Part shown: piece by piece, positions 40,240 to 52,800 of the stretch
Layout of the letters: each line of letters starts with the position of its first letter
Position numbering within the stretch: the first letter of the stretch is position 1
NCBI GenBank assembly: GCA_964057225.1
Contig: OZ059895.1
Coordinates: 13,082,001 to 13,146,000 of the forward strand
DNA from: Auanema rhodensis
Taxonomy: Eukaryota; Animalia; Nematoda
Direction: 5' to 3'
DNA: 64,000 bases
Notes under the pieces: model-generated
Told to the model about the DNA's origin: nothing
The model's input: the letters and a program-made list of their open reading frames with translations, nothing else
Databases searched by the model: none
Program-made: the position numbers and the translations under genes

Positions 40240-41047
40240 GAAAATACCTGATATTCAATGATTTACATACTTATCCTCGTTATTGTTTTTTTTCCAATTT
40301 CATGTTAGTTATGTAATTTTCTACGTTACATCTAAATCCCTCGATGATATCAAATCTTATGAGATCCAAATACAATAAATTAAAAAGGTTTCACAGTTGT
40401 ATAGTGTTTAAACAATGTTTGTTTCAATAGGAAATAGATAGAAACAGTAAAGTTAAGATGAAGGTTCATAAACTACTGGTTTATAACTGTAATATAGAAA
40501 TAAGATTGAAGATATTTTGATGCCTTGGGTTGAGCTATCTAAGTAAAACTGCTGGAAAATTAAAAACATTTGTTACGGAAGAGATAAAATTGAAAATCAG
40601 CTGCATGGCGTACTTTCAACGTGGTATGGTCGTAAGCGAAAAAATCTGATATTCAATGATTTACATACTTATCCTCGTTATTGTTTTTTTTCCAATTTCA
40701 TGTTAGTTATGTAATTTTCTACGTTACATCTAAATTCCTCGATGATATCAAATCTTATGAGCTCCAAATACAATAAATTAAAAAAGGTTTCACAGTTGTA
40801 TAGTGTTAAAACAATGTTTGTTTCAATAGGAAATAGATAGAAACAGTAAAGTTAAGATGAAGGTTCATAAACTACTGGTTTATAACTGTAATATAGAAAT
40901 AAGATTGAAGATATTTTGATGCCTTGGGTTGAGCTATCTAAGTAAAACTGCTGGAAAATTAAAAACATTTGTTACTGAAGAGATAAAATTGAAAATCAGC
41001 TGCATGGCGTACTTTCAACGTGGTATGATCGTTAAAAAAATTTGAAA

Positions 41048-41166
41048 AGCTTACGGCACCCGGGTTTCCCAAGCCGTCTCCGATCCAAGTACTAACCGGG
41101 CCCAACGTTGCTTGACTTGCCAGATCGGACGGGATGGCGTACTTTCAACGTGGTATGGTCGTAAGC
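41048..41166 (-). rRNA. 5S rRNA type B
   Basis: Full copy, T102A. Confidence 0.95.
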
Positions 41167-41974
41167 GAAAATACCTGATATTCAATGATTTACATACTTA
41201 TCCTCGTTATTGTTTTTTTTCCAATTTCATGTTAGTTATGTAATTTTCTACGTTACATCTAAATCCCTCGATGATATCAAATCTTATGAGATCCAAATAC
41301 AATAAATTAAAAAGGTTTCACAGTTGTATAGTGTTTAAACAATGTTTGTTTCAATAGGAAATAGATAGAAACAGTAAAGTTAAGATGAAGGTTCATAAAC
41401 TACTGGTTTATAACTGTAATATAGAAATAAGATTGAAGATATTTTGATGCCTTGGGTTGAGCTATCTAAGTAAAACTGCTGGAAAATTAAAAACATTTGT
41501 TACGGAAGAGATAAAATTGAAAATCAGCTGCATGGCGTACTTTCAACGTGGTATGGTCGTAAGCGAAAAAATCTGATATTCAATGATTTACATACTTATC
41601 CTCGTTATTGTTTTTTTTCCAATTTCATGTTAGTTATGTAATTTTCTACGTTACATCTAAATTCCTCGATGATATCAAATCTTATGAGCTCCAAATACAA
41701 TAAATTAAAAAAGGTTTCACAGTTGTATAGTGTTAAAACAATGTTTGTTTCAATAGGAAATAGATAGAAACAGTAAAGTTAAGATGAAGGTTCATAAACT
41801 ACTGGTTTATAACTGTAATATAGAAATAAGATTTAAGATATTTTGATGCCTTGGGTTGAGCTATCTAAGTAAAACTGCTGGAAAATTAAAAACATTTGTT
41901 ACGGAAGAGATAAAATTGAAAATCAGCTGCATTGAGTACTTTCAATGTGGTATGATCGTTAAAAAAATTTGAAA

Positions 41975-42093
41975 AGCTTACGGCAGGCGGGATTCCCAAG
42001 CCGTCTCCGATCCAAGTACTAACCGGGCCCAACGTTGCTTGACTTGCCAGATCGGACGGGATGGCGTACTTTCAACGTGGTATGGTCGTAAGC
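41975..42093 (-). rRNA. 5S rRNA type C
   Basis: Full-length, GG107-108CC. Confidence 0.9.
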
Positions 42094-43300
42094 GAAAATA
42101 CCTGATATTCAATGATTTACATACTTATCCTCGTTATTGTTTTTTTTCCAATTTCATGTTAGTTATGTAATTTTCTACGTTACATCTAAATCCCTCGATG
42201 ATATCAAATCTTATGAGATCCAAATACAATAAATTAAAAAGGTTTCACAGTTGTATAGTGTTTAAACAATGTTTGTTTCAATAGGAAATAGATAGAAACA
42301 GTAAAGTTAAGATGAAGGTTCATAAACTACTGGTTTATAACTGTAATATAGAAATAAGATTGAAGATACTTTGATGCCTTGGGTTGAGCTATCTAAGTAA
42401 AACTGCTGGAAAATTAAAAACATTTGTTACGGAAGAGATAAAATTGAAAATCAGCTGCATGGCGTACTTTCAACGTGGTATGGTCGTAAGCGAAAAAATC
42501 TGATATTCAATGATTTACATACTTATCCTCGTTATTGTTTTTTTTCCAATTTCATGTTAGTTATGTAATTTTCTACGTTACATCTAAATTCCTCGATGAT
42601 ATCAAATCTTATGAGCTCCAAATACAATAAATTAAAAAAGGTTTCACAGTTGTATAGTGTTAAAACAATGTTTGTTTCAATAGGAAATAGATAGAAACAG
42701 TAAAGTTAAGATGAAGGTTCATAAACTACTGGTTTATAACTGTAATATAGAAATAAGATTGAAGATATTTTGATGCCTTGGGTTGAGCTATCTAAGTAAA
42801 ACTGCTGGAAAATTAAAAACATTTGTTACTGAAGAGATAAAATTGAAAATCAGCTGCATGGCGTACTTTCAACGTGGTATGGTCGTAAGCGAAAATACCT
42901 GATATTCAATGATTTACATACTTATCCTCGTTATTGTTTTTTTTCCATTTTCATGTTAGTTATGTAATTTTCTACGTTACATCTAAATTCCTCGATGATA
43001 TCAAATCTTATGAGCTCCAAATACAATAAATTAAAAAAGGTTTCACAGTTGTATAGTGTTAAAACAATGTTTGTTTCAATAGGAAATAGATAGAAACAGT
43101 AAAGTTAAGATGAAGGTTCATAAACTACTGGTTTATAACTGTAATATAGAAATAAGATTGAAGATATTTTGATGCCTTGGGTTGAGCTATCTAAGTAAAA
43201 CTGCTGGAAAATTAAAAACATTTGTTACGGAAGAGATAAAATTGAAAATCAGCTGCATTGCGTACTTTCAACGTGGTATGATCGTTAAAAAAATTTGAAA

Positions 43301-43419
43301 AGCTTACGGCACCCGGGATTCCCAAGCCGTCTCCGATCCAAGTACTAACCGGGCCCAACGTTGCTTGACTTGCCAGATCGGACGGGATGGCGTACTTTCA
43401 ACGTGGTATGGTCGTAAGC
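43301..43419 (-). rRNA. 5S rRNA type A
   Basis: Full copy. Confidence 0.95.
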
Positions 43420-44228
43420 GAAAATACCTGATATTCAATGATTTAAATACTTATCCTCGTTATTGTTTTTTTTCCAATTTCATGTTAGTTATGTAATTTT
43501 CTACGTTACATCTAAATCCCTCGATGATATCAAATCTTATGAGATCCAAATACAATAAATTAAAAAAGGTTTCACAGTTGTATAGTGTTTAAACAATGTT
43601 TGTTTCAATAGGAAATAGATAGAAACAGTAAAGTTAAGATGAAGGTTCATAAACTACTGGTTTATAACTGTAATATAGAAATAAGATTGAAGATATTTTG
43701 ATGCCTTGGGTTGAGCTATCTAAGTAAAACTGCTGGAAAATTAAAAACATTTGTTACTGAAGAGATAAAATTGAAAATCAGCTGCATGGCGTACTTTCAA
43801 CGTGGTATGGTCGTAAGCAAAAATACCTGATATTCAATGATTTACATACTTATCCTCGTTTTTGTTTTTTTTCCAATTTCATGTTAGTTATGTAATTTTC
43901 TACGTTACATCTAAATTCCTCGATGATATCAAATCTTATGAGCTCCAAATACAATAAATTAAAAAAGGTTTCACAGTTGTATAGTGTTAAAACAATGTTT
44001 GTTTCAATAGGAAATAGATAGAAACAGTAAAGTTAAGATGAAGGTTCATAAACTACTGGTTTATAACTGTAACATAGAAATAAGATTGAAGATATTTTGA
44101 TGCCTTGGGTTGAGCTATCTAAGTAAAACTGCTGGAAAATTAAAAACATTTGTTACTGAAGAGATAAAATTGAAAATCAGCTGCATTGCGTACTTTCAAT
44201 GTGGTATGATCGTTAAAAAAATTTGAAA

Positions 44229-44347
44229 AGCTTACGGCAGGCGGGATTCCCAAGCCGTCTCCGATCCAAGTACTAACCGGGCCCAACGTTGCTTGACTTG
44301 CCAGATCGGACGGGATGGCGTACTTTCAACGTGGTATGGTCGTAAGC
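44229..44347 (-). rRNA. 5S rRNA type C
   Basis: Full-length, GG107-108CC. Confidence 0.9.
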
Positions 44348-46354
44348 GAAAATACCTGATATTCAATGATTTACATACTTATCCTCGTTATTGTTTTTTT
44401 TCCAATTTCATGTTAGTTATGTAATTTTCTACGTTACATCTAAATTCCTCGATGATATCAAATCTTATGAGCTCCAAATACAATAAATTAAAAAAGGTTT
44501 CACAGTTGTATAGTGTTAAAACAATGTTTGTTTCAATAGGAAATAGATAGAAACAGTAAAGTTAAGATGAAGGTTCATAAACTACTGGTTTATAACTGTA
44601 ATATAGAAATAAGATTGAAGATATTTTGATGCCTTGGGTTGAGCTATCTAAGTAAAACTGCTGGAAAATTAAAAACATTTGTTACGGAAGAGATAAAATT
44701 GAAAATCAGCTGCATGGCGTACTTTCAACGTGGTATGGTCGTAAGCGAAAAAATCTGATATTCAATGATTTACATACTTATCCTCGTTATTGTTTTTTTT
44801 CCAATTTCATGTTAGTTATGTAATTTTCTACGTTACATCTAAATTCCTCGATGATATCAAATCTTATGAGCTCCAAATACAATAAATTAAAAAAGGTTTC
44901 ACAGTTGTATAGTGTTAAAACAATGTTTGTTTCAATAGGAAATAGATAGAAACAGTAAAGTTAAGATGAAGGTTCATAAACTACTGGTTTATAACTGTAA
45001 TATAGAAATAAGATTGAAGATATTTTGATGCCTTGGGTTGAGCTATCTAAGTAAAACTGCTGGAAAATTAAAAACATTTGTTACTGAAGAGATAAAATTG
45101 AAAATCAGCTGCATGGCGTACTTTCAACGTGGTATGGTCGTAAGCGAAAATACCTGATATTCAATGATTTACATACTTATCCTCGTTATTGTTTTTTTTT
45201 CCAATTTCATGTTAGTTATGTAATTTTCTACGTTACATCTAAATTCCTCGATGATATCAAATCTTATGAGCTCCAAATACAATAAATTAAAAAAGGTTTC
45301 ACAGTTGTATAGTGTTAAAACAATGTTTGTTTCAATAGGAAATAGATAGAAACAGTAAAGTTAAGATGAAGGTTCATAAACTACTGGTTTATAACTGTAA
45401 TATAGAAATAAGATTGAAGATATTTTGATGCCTTGGGTTGAGCTATCTAAGTAAAACTGCTGGAAAATTAAAAACATTTGTTACTGAAGAGATAAAATTG
45501 AAAATCAGCTGCATGGCGTACTTTCAACGTGGTATGGTCGTAAGCGAAAATACCTGATATTCAATGATTTACATACTTATCCTCGTTATTGTTTTTTTTC
45601 CAATTTCATGTTAGTTATGTAATTTTCTACGTTACATCTAAATTCCTCGATGATATCAAATCTTATGAGCTCCAAATACAATAAATTAAAAAAGGTTTCA
45701 CAGTTGTATAGTGTTAAAACAATGTTTGTTTCAATAGGAAATAGATAGAAACAGTAAAGTTAAGATGAAGGTTCATAAACTACTGGTTTATAACTGTAAT
45801 ATAAAAATAAGATTGAAGATATTTTGATGCCTTGGGTTGAGCTATCTAAGTAAAACTGCTGGAAAATTAAAAACATTTGTTACTGAAGAGATAAAATTGA
45901 AAATCAGCTGCATGGCGTACTTTCAACGTGGTATGGTCGTAAGCGAAAATACCTGATATTCAATGATTTACATACTTATCCTCGTTATTGTTTTTTTTCC
46001 AATTTCATGTTAGTTATGTAATTTTCTACGTTACATCTAAATTCCTCGATGATATCAAATCTTATGAGCTCCAAATACAATAAATTAAAAAAGGTTTCAC
46101 AGTTGTATAGTGTTAAAACAATGTTTGTTTCAATAGGAAATAGATAGAAACAGTAAAGTTAAGATGAAGGTTCATAAACTACTGGTTTATAACTGTAATA
46201 TAGAAATAAGATTGAAGATATTTTGATGCCTTGGGTTGAGCTATCTAAGTAAAACTGCTGGAAAATTAAAAACATTTGTTACGGAAGAGATAAAATTGAA
46301 AATCAGCTGCATTGAGTACTTTCAACGTGGTATGATCGTTAAAAAAATTTGAAA

Positions 46355-46473
46355 AGCTTACGGCACCCGGGATTCCCAAGCCGTCTCCGATCCAAGTACT
46401 AACCGGGCCCAACGTTGCTTGACTTGCCAGATCGGACGGGATGGCGTACTTTCAACGTGGTATGGTCGTAAGC
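46355..46473 (-). rRNA. 5S rRNA type A
   Basis: Full copy. Confidence 0.95.
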
Positions 46474-48080
46474 GAAAATACCTGATATTCAATGATTTAC
46501 ATACTTATCCTCGTTATTGTTTTTTTTCCAATTTCATGTTAGTTATGTAATTTTCTACGTTACATCTAAATCCCTCGATGATATCAAATCTTATGAGATC
46601 CAAATACAATAAATTAAAAAAGGTTTCACAGTTGTATAGTGTTTAAACAATGTTTGTTTCAATAGGAAATAGATAGAAACAGTAAAGTTAAGATGAAGGT
46701 TCATAAACTACTGGTTTATAACTGTAATATAGAAATAAGATTGAAGATATTTTGATGCCTTGGGTTGAGCTATCTAAGTAAAACTGCTGGAAAATTAAAA
46801 ACATTTGTTACTGAAGAGATAAAATTGAAAATCAGCTGCATGGCGTACTTTCAACGTGGTATGGTCGTAAGCGAAAATACCTGATATTCAATGATTTACA
46901 TACTTATCCTCGTTATTGTTTTTTTTCCAATTTCATGTTAGTTATGTAATTTTCTACGTTACATCTAAATTCCTCGATGATATCAAATCTTATGAGCTCC
47001 AAATACAATAAATTAAAAAAGGTTTCACAGTCGTATAGTGTTAAAACAATGTTTGTTTCAATAGGAAATAGATAGAAACAGTAAAGTTAAGATGAAGGTT
47101 CATAAACTACTGGTTTATAACTGTAATATAGAAATAAGATTGAAGATATTTTGATGCCTTGGGTTGAGCTATCTAAGTAAAACTGCTGGAAAATTAAAAA
47201 CATTTGTTACTGAAGAGATAAAATTGAAAATCAGCTGCATGGCGTACTTTCAACGTGGTATGGTCGTAAGCGAAAATACCTGATATTCAATGATTTACAT
47301 ACTTATCCTCGTTATTGGTTTTTTTCCAATTTCATGTTAGTTATGTAATTTTCTACGTTACATCTAAATTCCTCGATGATATCAAATCTTATGAGCTCCA
47401 AATACAATAAATTAAAAAAGGTTTCACAGTTGTATAGTGTTAAAACAATGTTTGTTTCAATAGGAAATAGATAGAAACAGTAAAGTTAAGATGAAGGTTC
47501 ATAAACTACTGGTTTATAACTGTAATATAAAAATAAGATTGAAGATATTTTGATGCCTTGGGTTGAGCTATCTAAGTAAAACTGCTGGAAAATTAAAAAC
47601 ATTTGTTACTGAAGAGATAAAATTGAAAATCAGCTGCATGGCGTACTTTCAACGTGGTATGGTCGTAAGCGAAAATACCTGATATTCAATGATTTACATA
47701 CTTATCCTCGTTATTGTTTTTTTTCCAATTTCATGTTAGTTATGTAATTTTCTACGTTACATCTAAATTCCTCGATGATATCAAATCTTATGAGCTCCAA
47801 ATACAATAAATTAAAAAAGGTTTCACAGTTGTATAGTGTTAAAACAATGTTTGTTTCAATAGGAAATAGATAGAAACAGTAAAGTTAAGATGAAGGTTCA
47901 TAAACTACTGGTTTATAACTGTAATATAGAAATAAGATTGAAGATATTTTGATGCCTTGGGTTGAGCTATCTAAGTAAAACTGCTGGAAAATTAAAAACA
48001 TTTGTTACGGAAGAGATAAAATTGAAAATCAGCTGCATTGAGTACTTTCAACGTGGTATGATCGTTAAAAAAATTTGAAA

Positions 48081-48199
48081 AGCTTACGGCACCCGGGATT
48101 CCCAAGCCGTCTCCGATCCAAGTACTAACCGGGCCCAACGTTGCTTGACTTGCCAGATCGGACGGGATGGCGTACTTTCAACGTGGTATGGTCGTAAGC
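48081..48199 (-). rRNA. 5S rRNA type A
   Basis: Full copy. Confidence 0.95.
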
Positions 48200-49008
48200 G
48201 AAAATACCTGATATTCAATGATTTACATACTTATCCTCGTTATTGTTTTTTTTCCAATTTCATGTTAGTTATGTAATTTTCTACGTTACATCTAAATCCC
48301 TCGATGATATCAAATCTTATGAGATCCAAATACAATAAATTAAAAAAGGTTTCACAGTTGTATAGTGTTTAAACAATGTTTGTTTCAATAGGAAATAGAT
48401 AGAAACAGTAAAGTTAAGATGAAGGTTCATAAACTACTGGTTTATAACTGTAATATAGAAATAAGATTGAAGATATTTTGATGCCTTGGGTTGAGCTATC
48501 TAAGTAAAACTGCTGGAAAATTAAAAACATTTGTTACTGAAGAGATAAAATTGAAAATCAGCTGCATGGCGTACTTTCAACGTGGTATGGTCGTAAGCGA
48601 AAATACCTGATATTCAATGATTTACATACTTATCCTCGTTATTGTTTTTTTTCCAATTTCATGTTAGTTATGTAATTTTCTACGTTACATCTAAATTCCT
48701 CGATGATATCAAATCTTATGAGCTCCAAATACAATAAATTAAAAAAGGTTTCACAGTCGTATAGTGTTAAAACAATGTTTGTTTCAATAGGAAATAGATA
48801 GAAACAGTAAAGTTAAGATGAAGGTTCATAAACTACTGGTTTATAACTGTAATATAGAAATAAGATTGAAGATATTTTGATGCCTTGGGTTGAGCTATCT
48901 AAGTAAAACTGCTGGAAAATTAAAAACATTTGTTACGGAAGAGATAAAATTGAAAATCAGCTGCATTGCGTACTTTCAACGTGGTATGATCGTTAAAAAA
49001 ATTTGAAA

Positions 49009-49127
49009 AGCTTACGGCACCCGGGATTCCCAAGCCGTCTCCGATCCAAGTACTAACCGGGCCCAACGTTGCTTGACTTGCCAGATCGGACGGGATGGCG
49101 TACTTTCAACGTGGTATGGTCGTAAGC
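49009..49127 (-). rRNA. 5S rRNA type A (retroelement inserted in its upstream flank)
   Basis: Full copy; 5' end at 49127, LTR begins at 49184. Confidence 0.95.
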
Positions 49128-49178
49128 GAAAATACCTGATATTCAATGATTTACATACTTATCCTCGTTATTGTTTTT

Positions 49179-49183
49179 TTTCC
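49179..49183 (+). repeat. Target-site duplication TTTCC (left; right copy at 59015-59019)
   Basis: TTTCC|TGTCGCG...GCCACA|TTTCC. The empty site in other units reads ...TTTTCC-AATTTC. Confidence 0.95.
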
Positions 49184-49246
49184 TGTCGCGATAAGCGAGT
49201 GAGTTTGTATAATTTTTTATCTTCAACAATTGTTTTATTCGTTTCT

Positions 49247-49331
<85 letters not shown>

Positions 49332-49581
49332 TTCTTCTTTCTTCTAACTTCCTAAGTAATTTTTATCCATACCACATGTTGTGTTATACATGTGGCATGA
49401 CTAACTCTTTGTTTCAGGCTGACGACCGCCCACGAGAAGAGATCAGTCTTACTTTTTGAACGTTCGCAGTCAGTGATTTTATTCCGTGCTTGTCTTGTTA
49501 ATTCATCAATAAACCCTTTTCTACATATTCGCTTTGTGTTTTACTTCCAACCATACTATACACTTGTGGTATAACGCCACA
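49184..49581 (+). repeat. 5' LTR (398 bp)
   Basis: Starts TGTCGCGATA and ends TAACGCCACA (8/10 terminal inverted match). Contains (CT)39 and AATAAA at 49508-49513. Confidence 0.97.
49251..49328. repeat. (CT)39 microsatellite in the 5' LTR
   Basis: 78 bp of perfect CT. Confidence 0.97.
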
Positions 49582-49584
49582 AAT

Positions 49585-49596
49585 TGGTGCATCGGC
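49585..49596 (+). promoter_or_regulatory. Primer-binding site, tRNA-Gly(GCC)
   Basis: TGGTGCATCGGC, 3 nt after the LTR, is complementary to ...GCCGAUGCACCA-3', the 3' end of invertebrate tRNA-Gly(GCC) as I recall it. Confidence 0.85.
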
Positions 49597-49869
49597 TAGT
49601 TTAGATCTTAGCCGCTTTAAGTCCCGCGTGGCAGGTGAGATACAACTCGAACCAAGCGTGTTTGAGCAAAAAACATACTTAATAAAAATCGTGGCGATCA
49701 TAAGTCCACGTCAAGTCACACCAAACAGACTTGAACAATAAGCAAACTCTGAAATTAGAAACAGAGGTTTTAATTTCCTTACGTTCACATATACTGTGAT
49801 CACCAAACAAACAAAGAAAAAAGAAAACAAAAAAGGAACATAAGCATTATTCCTACATCTACAACTAAA

Positions 49870-52800
49870 ATGTCACTCCTTTTTGTCAATCATATCAAAC
49901 AATCTAACCAGTTTCTTGGAGAACTGCTTACACGATACGAGATGGAAGTGAAGGACCTTCCTGGTATTCTGGTAGATTGCGACTTCCACACTGAGGAAGA
50001 AGAGGAAACCCTCTCTTGCCTTATCATTCGCTGGACAAAAGTCCAACACCAATTCAAAGAATCGTTGAAAAATCATCAAGATAACGAGAAAAAATTCCAA
50101 AAATTTTACGAAGCATCAGACAAAACGCTTCGTAAAGCATTAGACGAACAGTACATCGCCTTCACATCCGATGAAGACTTTGAACCGAACATTAAAAAGG
50201 TTCAAAACGCCATTATTGAGCTTGACGAACACATCATGAAAGCCGAACGCATACTTAGAAAGCTGAGAAAAATGCTTCATAAGAATGAATCTGAGCACAA
50301 CAGCAATTGCTCAACAGAAAACAATGAAACAGAAAACAAATCGAATGATCAATTTCTGGAAATTATCAAGTCATTCCTACACATCCAACAAACTAGCATC
50401 CAAAAACCAGCGATGTCGCTACCTACATTTGATGGCAAACCAGAGAACTTCAAATCATTCTGGGGCCGTTTTGATAGACTTGTTCATGATAATGAACAGT
50501 TTACAACCTTAGAAAAGGTAAACCTACTCTGTGAAAGCCTCAAAGGCGATTCACAAATAGCAATCAGAGGAATAGAACCCTCTGCTCAAAATTATGAGCT
50601 CATGCGTGAAGCATTAGTTTCTGAATTTGGAGACTATTCGTCGGATATCAACTCTCTTTTAACACAACTACGTAATTTGAGATTTGCAAGCAATAATGCA
50701 AAATCATGTAAAGAAACATTTGGGGAAACCAAGGCACTTATCAGGCAAATTGAAGCAGCCGGAGCTACAGTATCCCGCGAAATGTGTACCGCGATGATTC
50801 TCAACAAATTCCCATACCACATCGTGGAAGACATTCTAATTTATCCAAACAACTACCATTCCACTAAAGAAATGCTGACAGCTGTAGACCACAAAATCTA
50901 TTCCTTTTTTCTAAAAGAACAAACAAGAAATAGTCATGAACAAAAGTTTCGAAATCACAAAGAGAATGTCACATCTGTAGCACATAAAGAAAACTCCGTA
51001 GAACAACGGAAAACCCAAACTTGGCCATGTGTTTTCTGCGACTCATCCGAACATCGCTTTTATCATTGCACCACATTTGAAACACCAGAGAAAAGAAGAC
51101 ACCGCATCCGCGGAAAGGCCATCTGTTGGATTTGTTTTTCCGAGAAACACAAAAGTTCCGAATGCAGAAAACAAAAATGTCGAAATTGCCAAGGAGACCA
51201 TAATTCCTCCTTGTGCTCACAAGGAAGAAAAAACGTGCAAAATATCCAAAAAGATAAAGAAACTCCCACAATTAAAAAAGATCAGGCTTTACTGATCACC
51301 ACAGAAGAATTATTGAATAAAAAAACAACAGAATATAAACAAGAATCTGACACTAATAATCGAATCCCTACTGAGGCACTTAATGCACCAGTATCGCTTA
51401 ATCACATTGCCGACACACATAATATTGAAGAAAGTCAAGTAATATTACGAACAGCAATGGCGAACATATACAACCACAATAGTAAAAAATATGAGCAAGT
51501 ACGCATGCTCATAGATGAAGGATCCATGAGATCTTTTATATCCAAGGACTTATCCACTAAGTTAGGATTGCCCATCCTTGGTTCTCAAAAGAAAACCTTT
51601 TACGGTATCGGAGCATTGTCCGAAACGCACGAAGTTCAGGACGTAAAGGTAATTATTGGAACCTCAAGTGGATCCCTTATCGTAACAAAACTATTCACCA
51701 AACCCATGTTAACCACACCCATACGTTGTCCAAAACTATCTAAAGAAGACTTGAAATTTATAAAGACAAGAAAAATAAAATTAGCCAATCCACAAACAAA
51801 CGGAGAATCATTTACTCCGGATATACTGATAGGTATGGATAGATACAAACTGTTCATGCATTTAAACGAAGAAACCGAACTCCCCTCACGTATGAGATTG
51901 AAAAATTCGGTATTCGGCCACATGATACATGGAGAAGCTCCTCTTCCCGATGATAATACACAACAAGAAGTAATATTATGCTCTACAGTAGAAGAAATAA
52001 CAAAAGAAACCTCTCATAAAGAACTCCTCACTAATCTGTTTGAACTGGATTCTATCGGCATCAATACAGAAAATGCCAACGCAGACCGCACTATTGATTA
52101 CTATGAAGAATACTCAAAAGATATAAAAATTGAGAACAACCGCATTATTGCACCGTTCCCGTTAAAAAATAACTTCAAAAATCTTAAAAACAACAAAATG
52201 CCCGCGTACCATAGATTCGTATCCCTATGGCGAAAGTTACTGCACAATCCAGAAATGCTCTCACACTATACTACAACCATTGAAAGTTACCTCAAAGATA
52301 ACATTGTCGAACAAATTCCCAACAATCACCAGAAGCCGTTAGAGTTTTATATGCCCCACCATGGGGTTTGGAAGCCCAGCAAGGCTAACCCTCTCAGAAT
52401 CGTTTTTGACGCCTCCGCTAAACAGAAAGACAGCCCATCGTTGAATGAGATAATACACACAGGACGATCATTTATCACATATATACACGACATCATGATC
52501 TCCTGCAGAAGAAGACCAATATTAATAACATGCGATATCAAAGCCGCATTTTTACAAATACAACTGACAGAGAATCACAAAAATCTATGCAAATTCTTTT
52601 GGATAAAAAACAAAGAATACCCAATATCTCACAATAATATCATAACCCTTCGATTCAACAGATTACCGTTCGGTATCACTGCATCCCCCAGCGTATTGAA
52701 CATGGGCATAAAATGGTTCTTAGAATCAAAAGTAGACAACCAATTAGCTATGGAAATACTGAACAACTTATACGTTGACAATATCATTCTTACAGCAAAT

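Larger units (their letters stand above)
1..49183 (-). repeat. 5S rDNA tandem array, left arm (about 105 units: 59 long 528-529 bp, 46 short 398-400 bp)
   Basis: Near-identical AT-rich spacer plus 5S sequence repeated head-to-tail. Spacing of the GTAAGC 5'-end motif gives two unit sizes (116->644 = 528; 644->1043 = 399; 1442->1971 = 529). Confidence 0.98.

Noticed and set aside
1-49183. CRISPR-like repeat periodicity
   Set aside because: The intervening sequences are near-identical rather than unique spacers, there are no cas genes, and this is eukaryotic 5S rDNA.
49073-49459. 128-aa ORF with a poly-SL tract (also 58656-58892)
   Set aside because: Translation of the LTR (CT)n microsatellite, with non-ATG starts; the first runs antisense through 5S.
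49614-49636. GCTTTAAGTCCCGCGTGGCAG|GT loosely resembles the SL1 exon
   Set aside because: About 14/22 identity with a gap, and it lies downstream of the PBS rather than at a transcript 5' end; not distinguishable from chance.
51514-51525. Protease active site DEGS instead of D(T/S)G, and integrase D-x51-E spacing
   Set aside because: Both fall within variation I associate with BEL/Pao elements; not evidence of inactivation or novelty.
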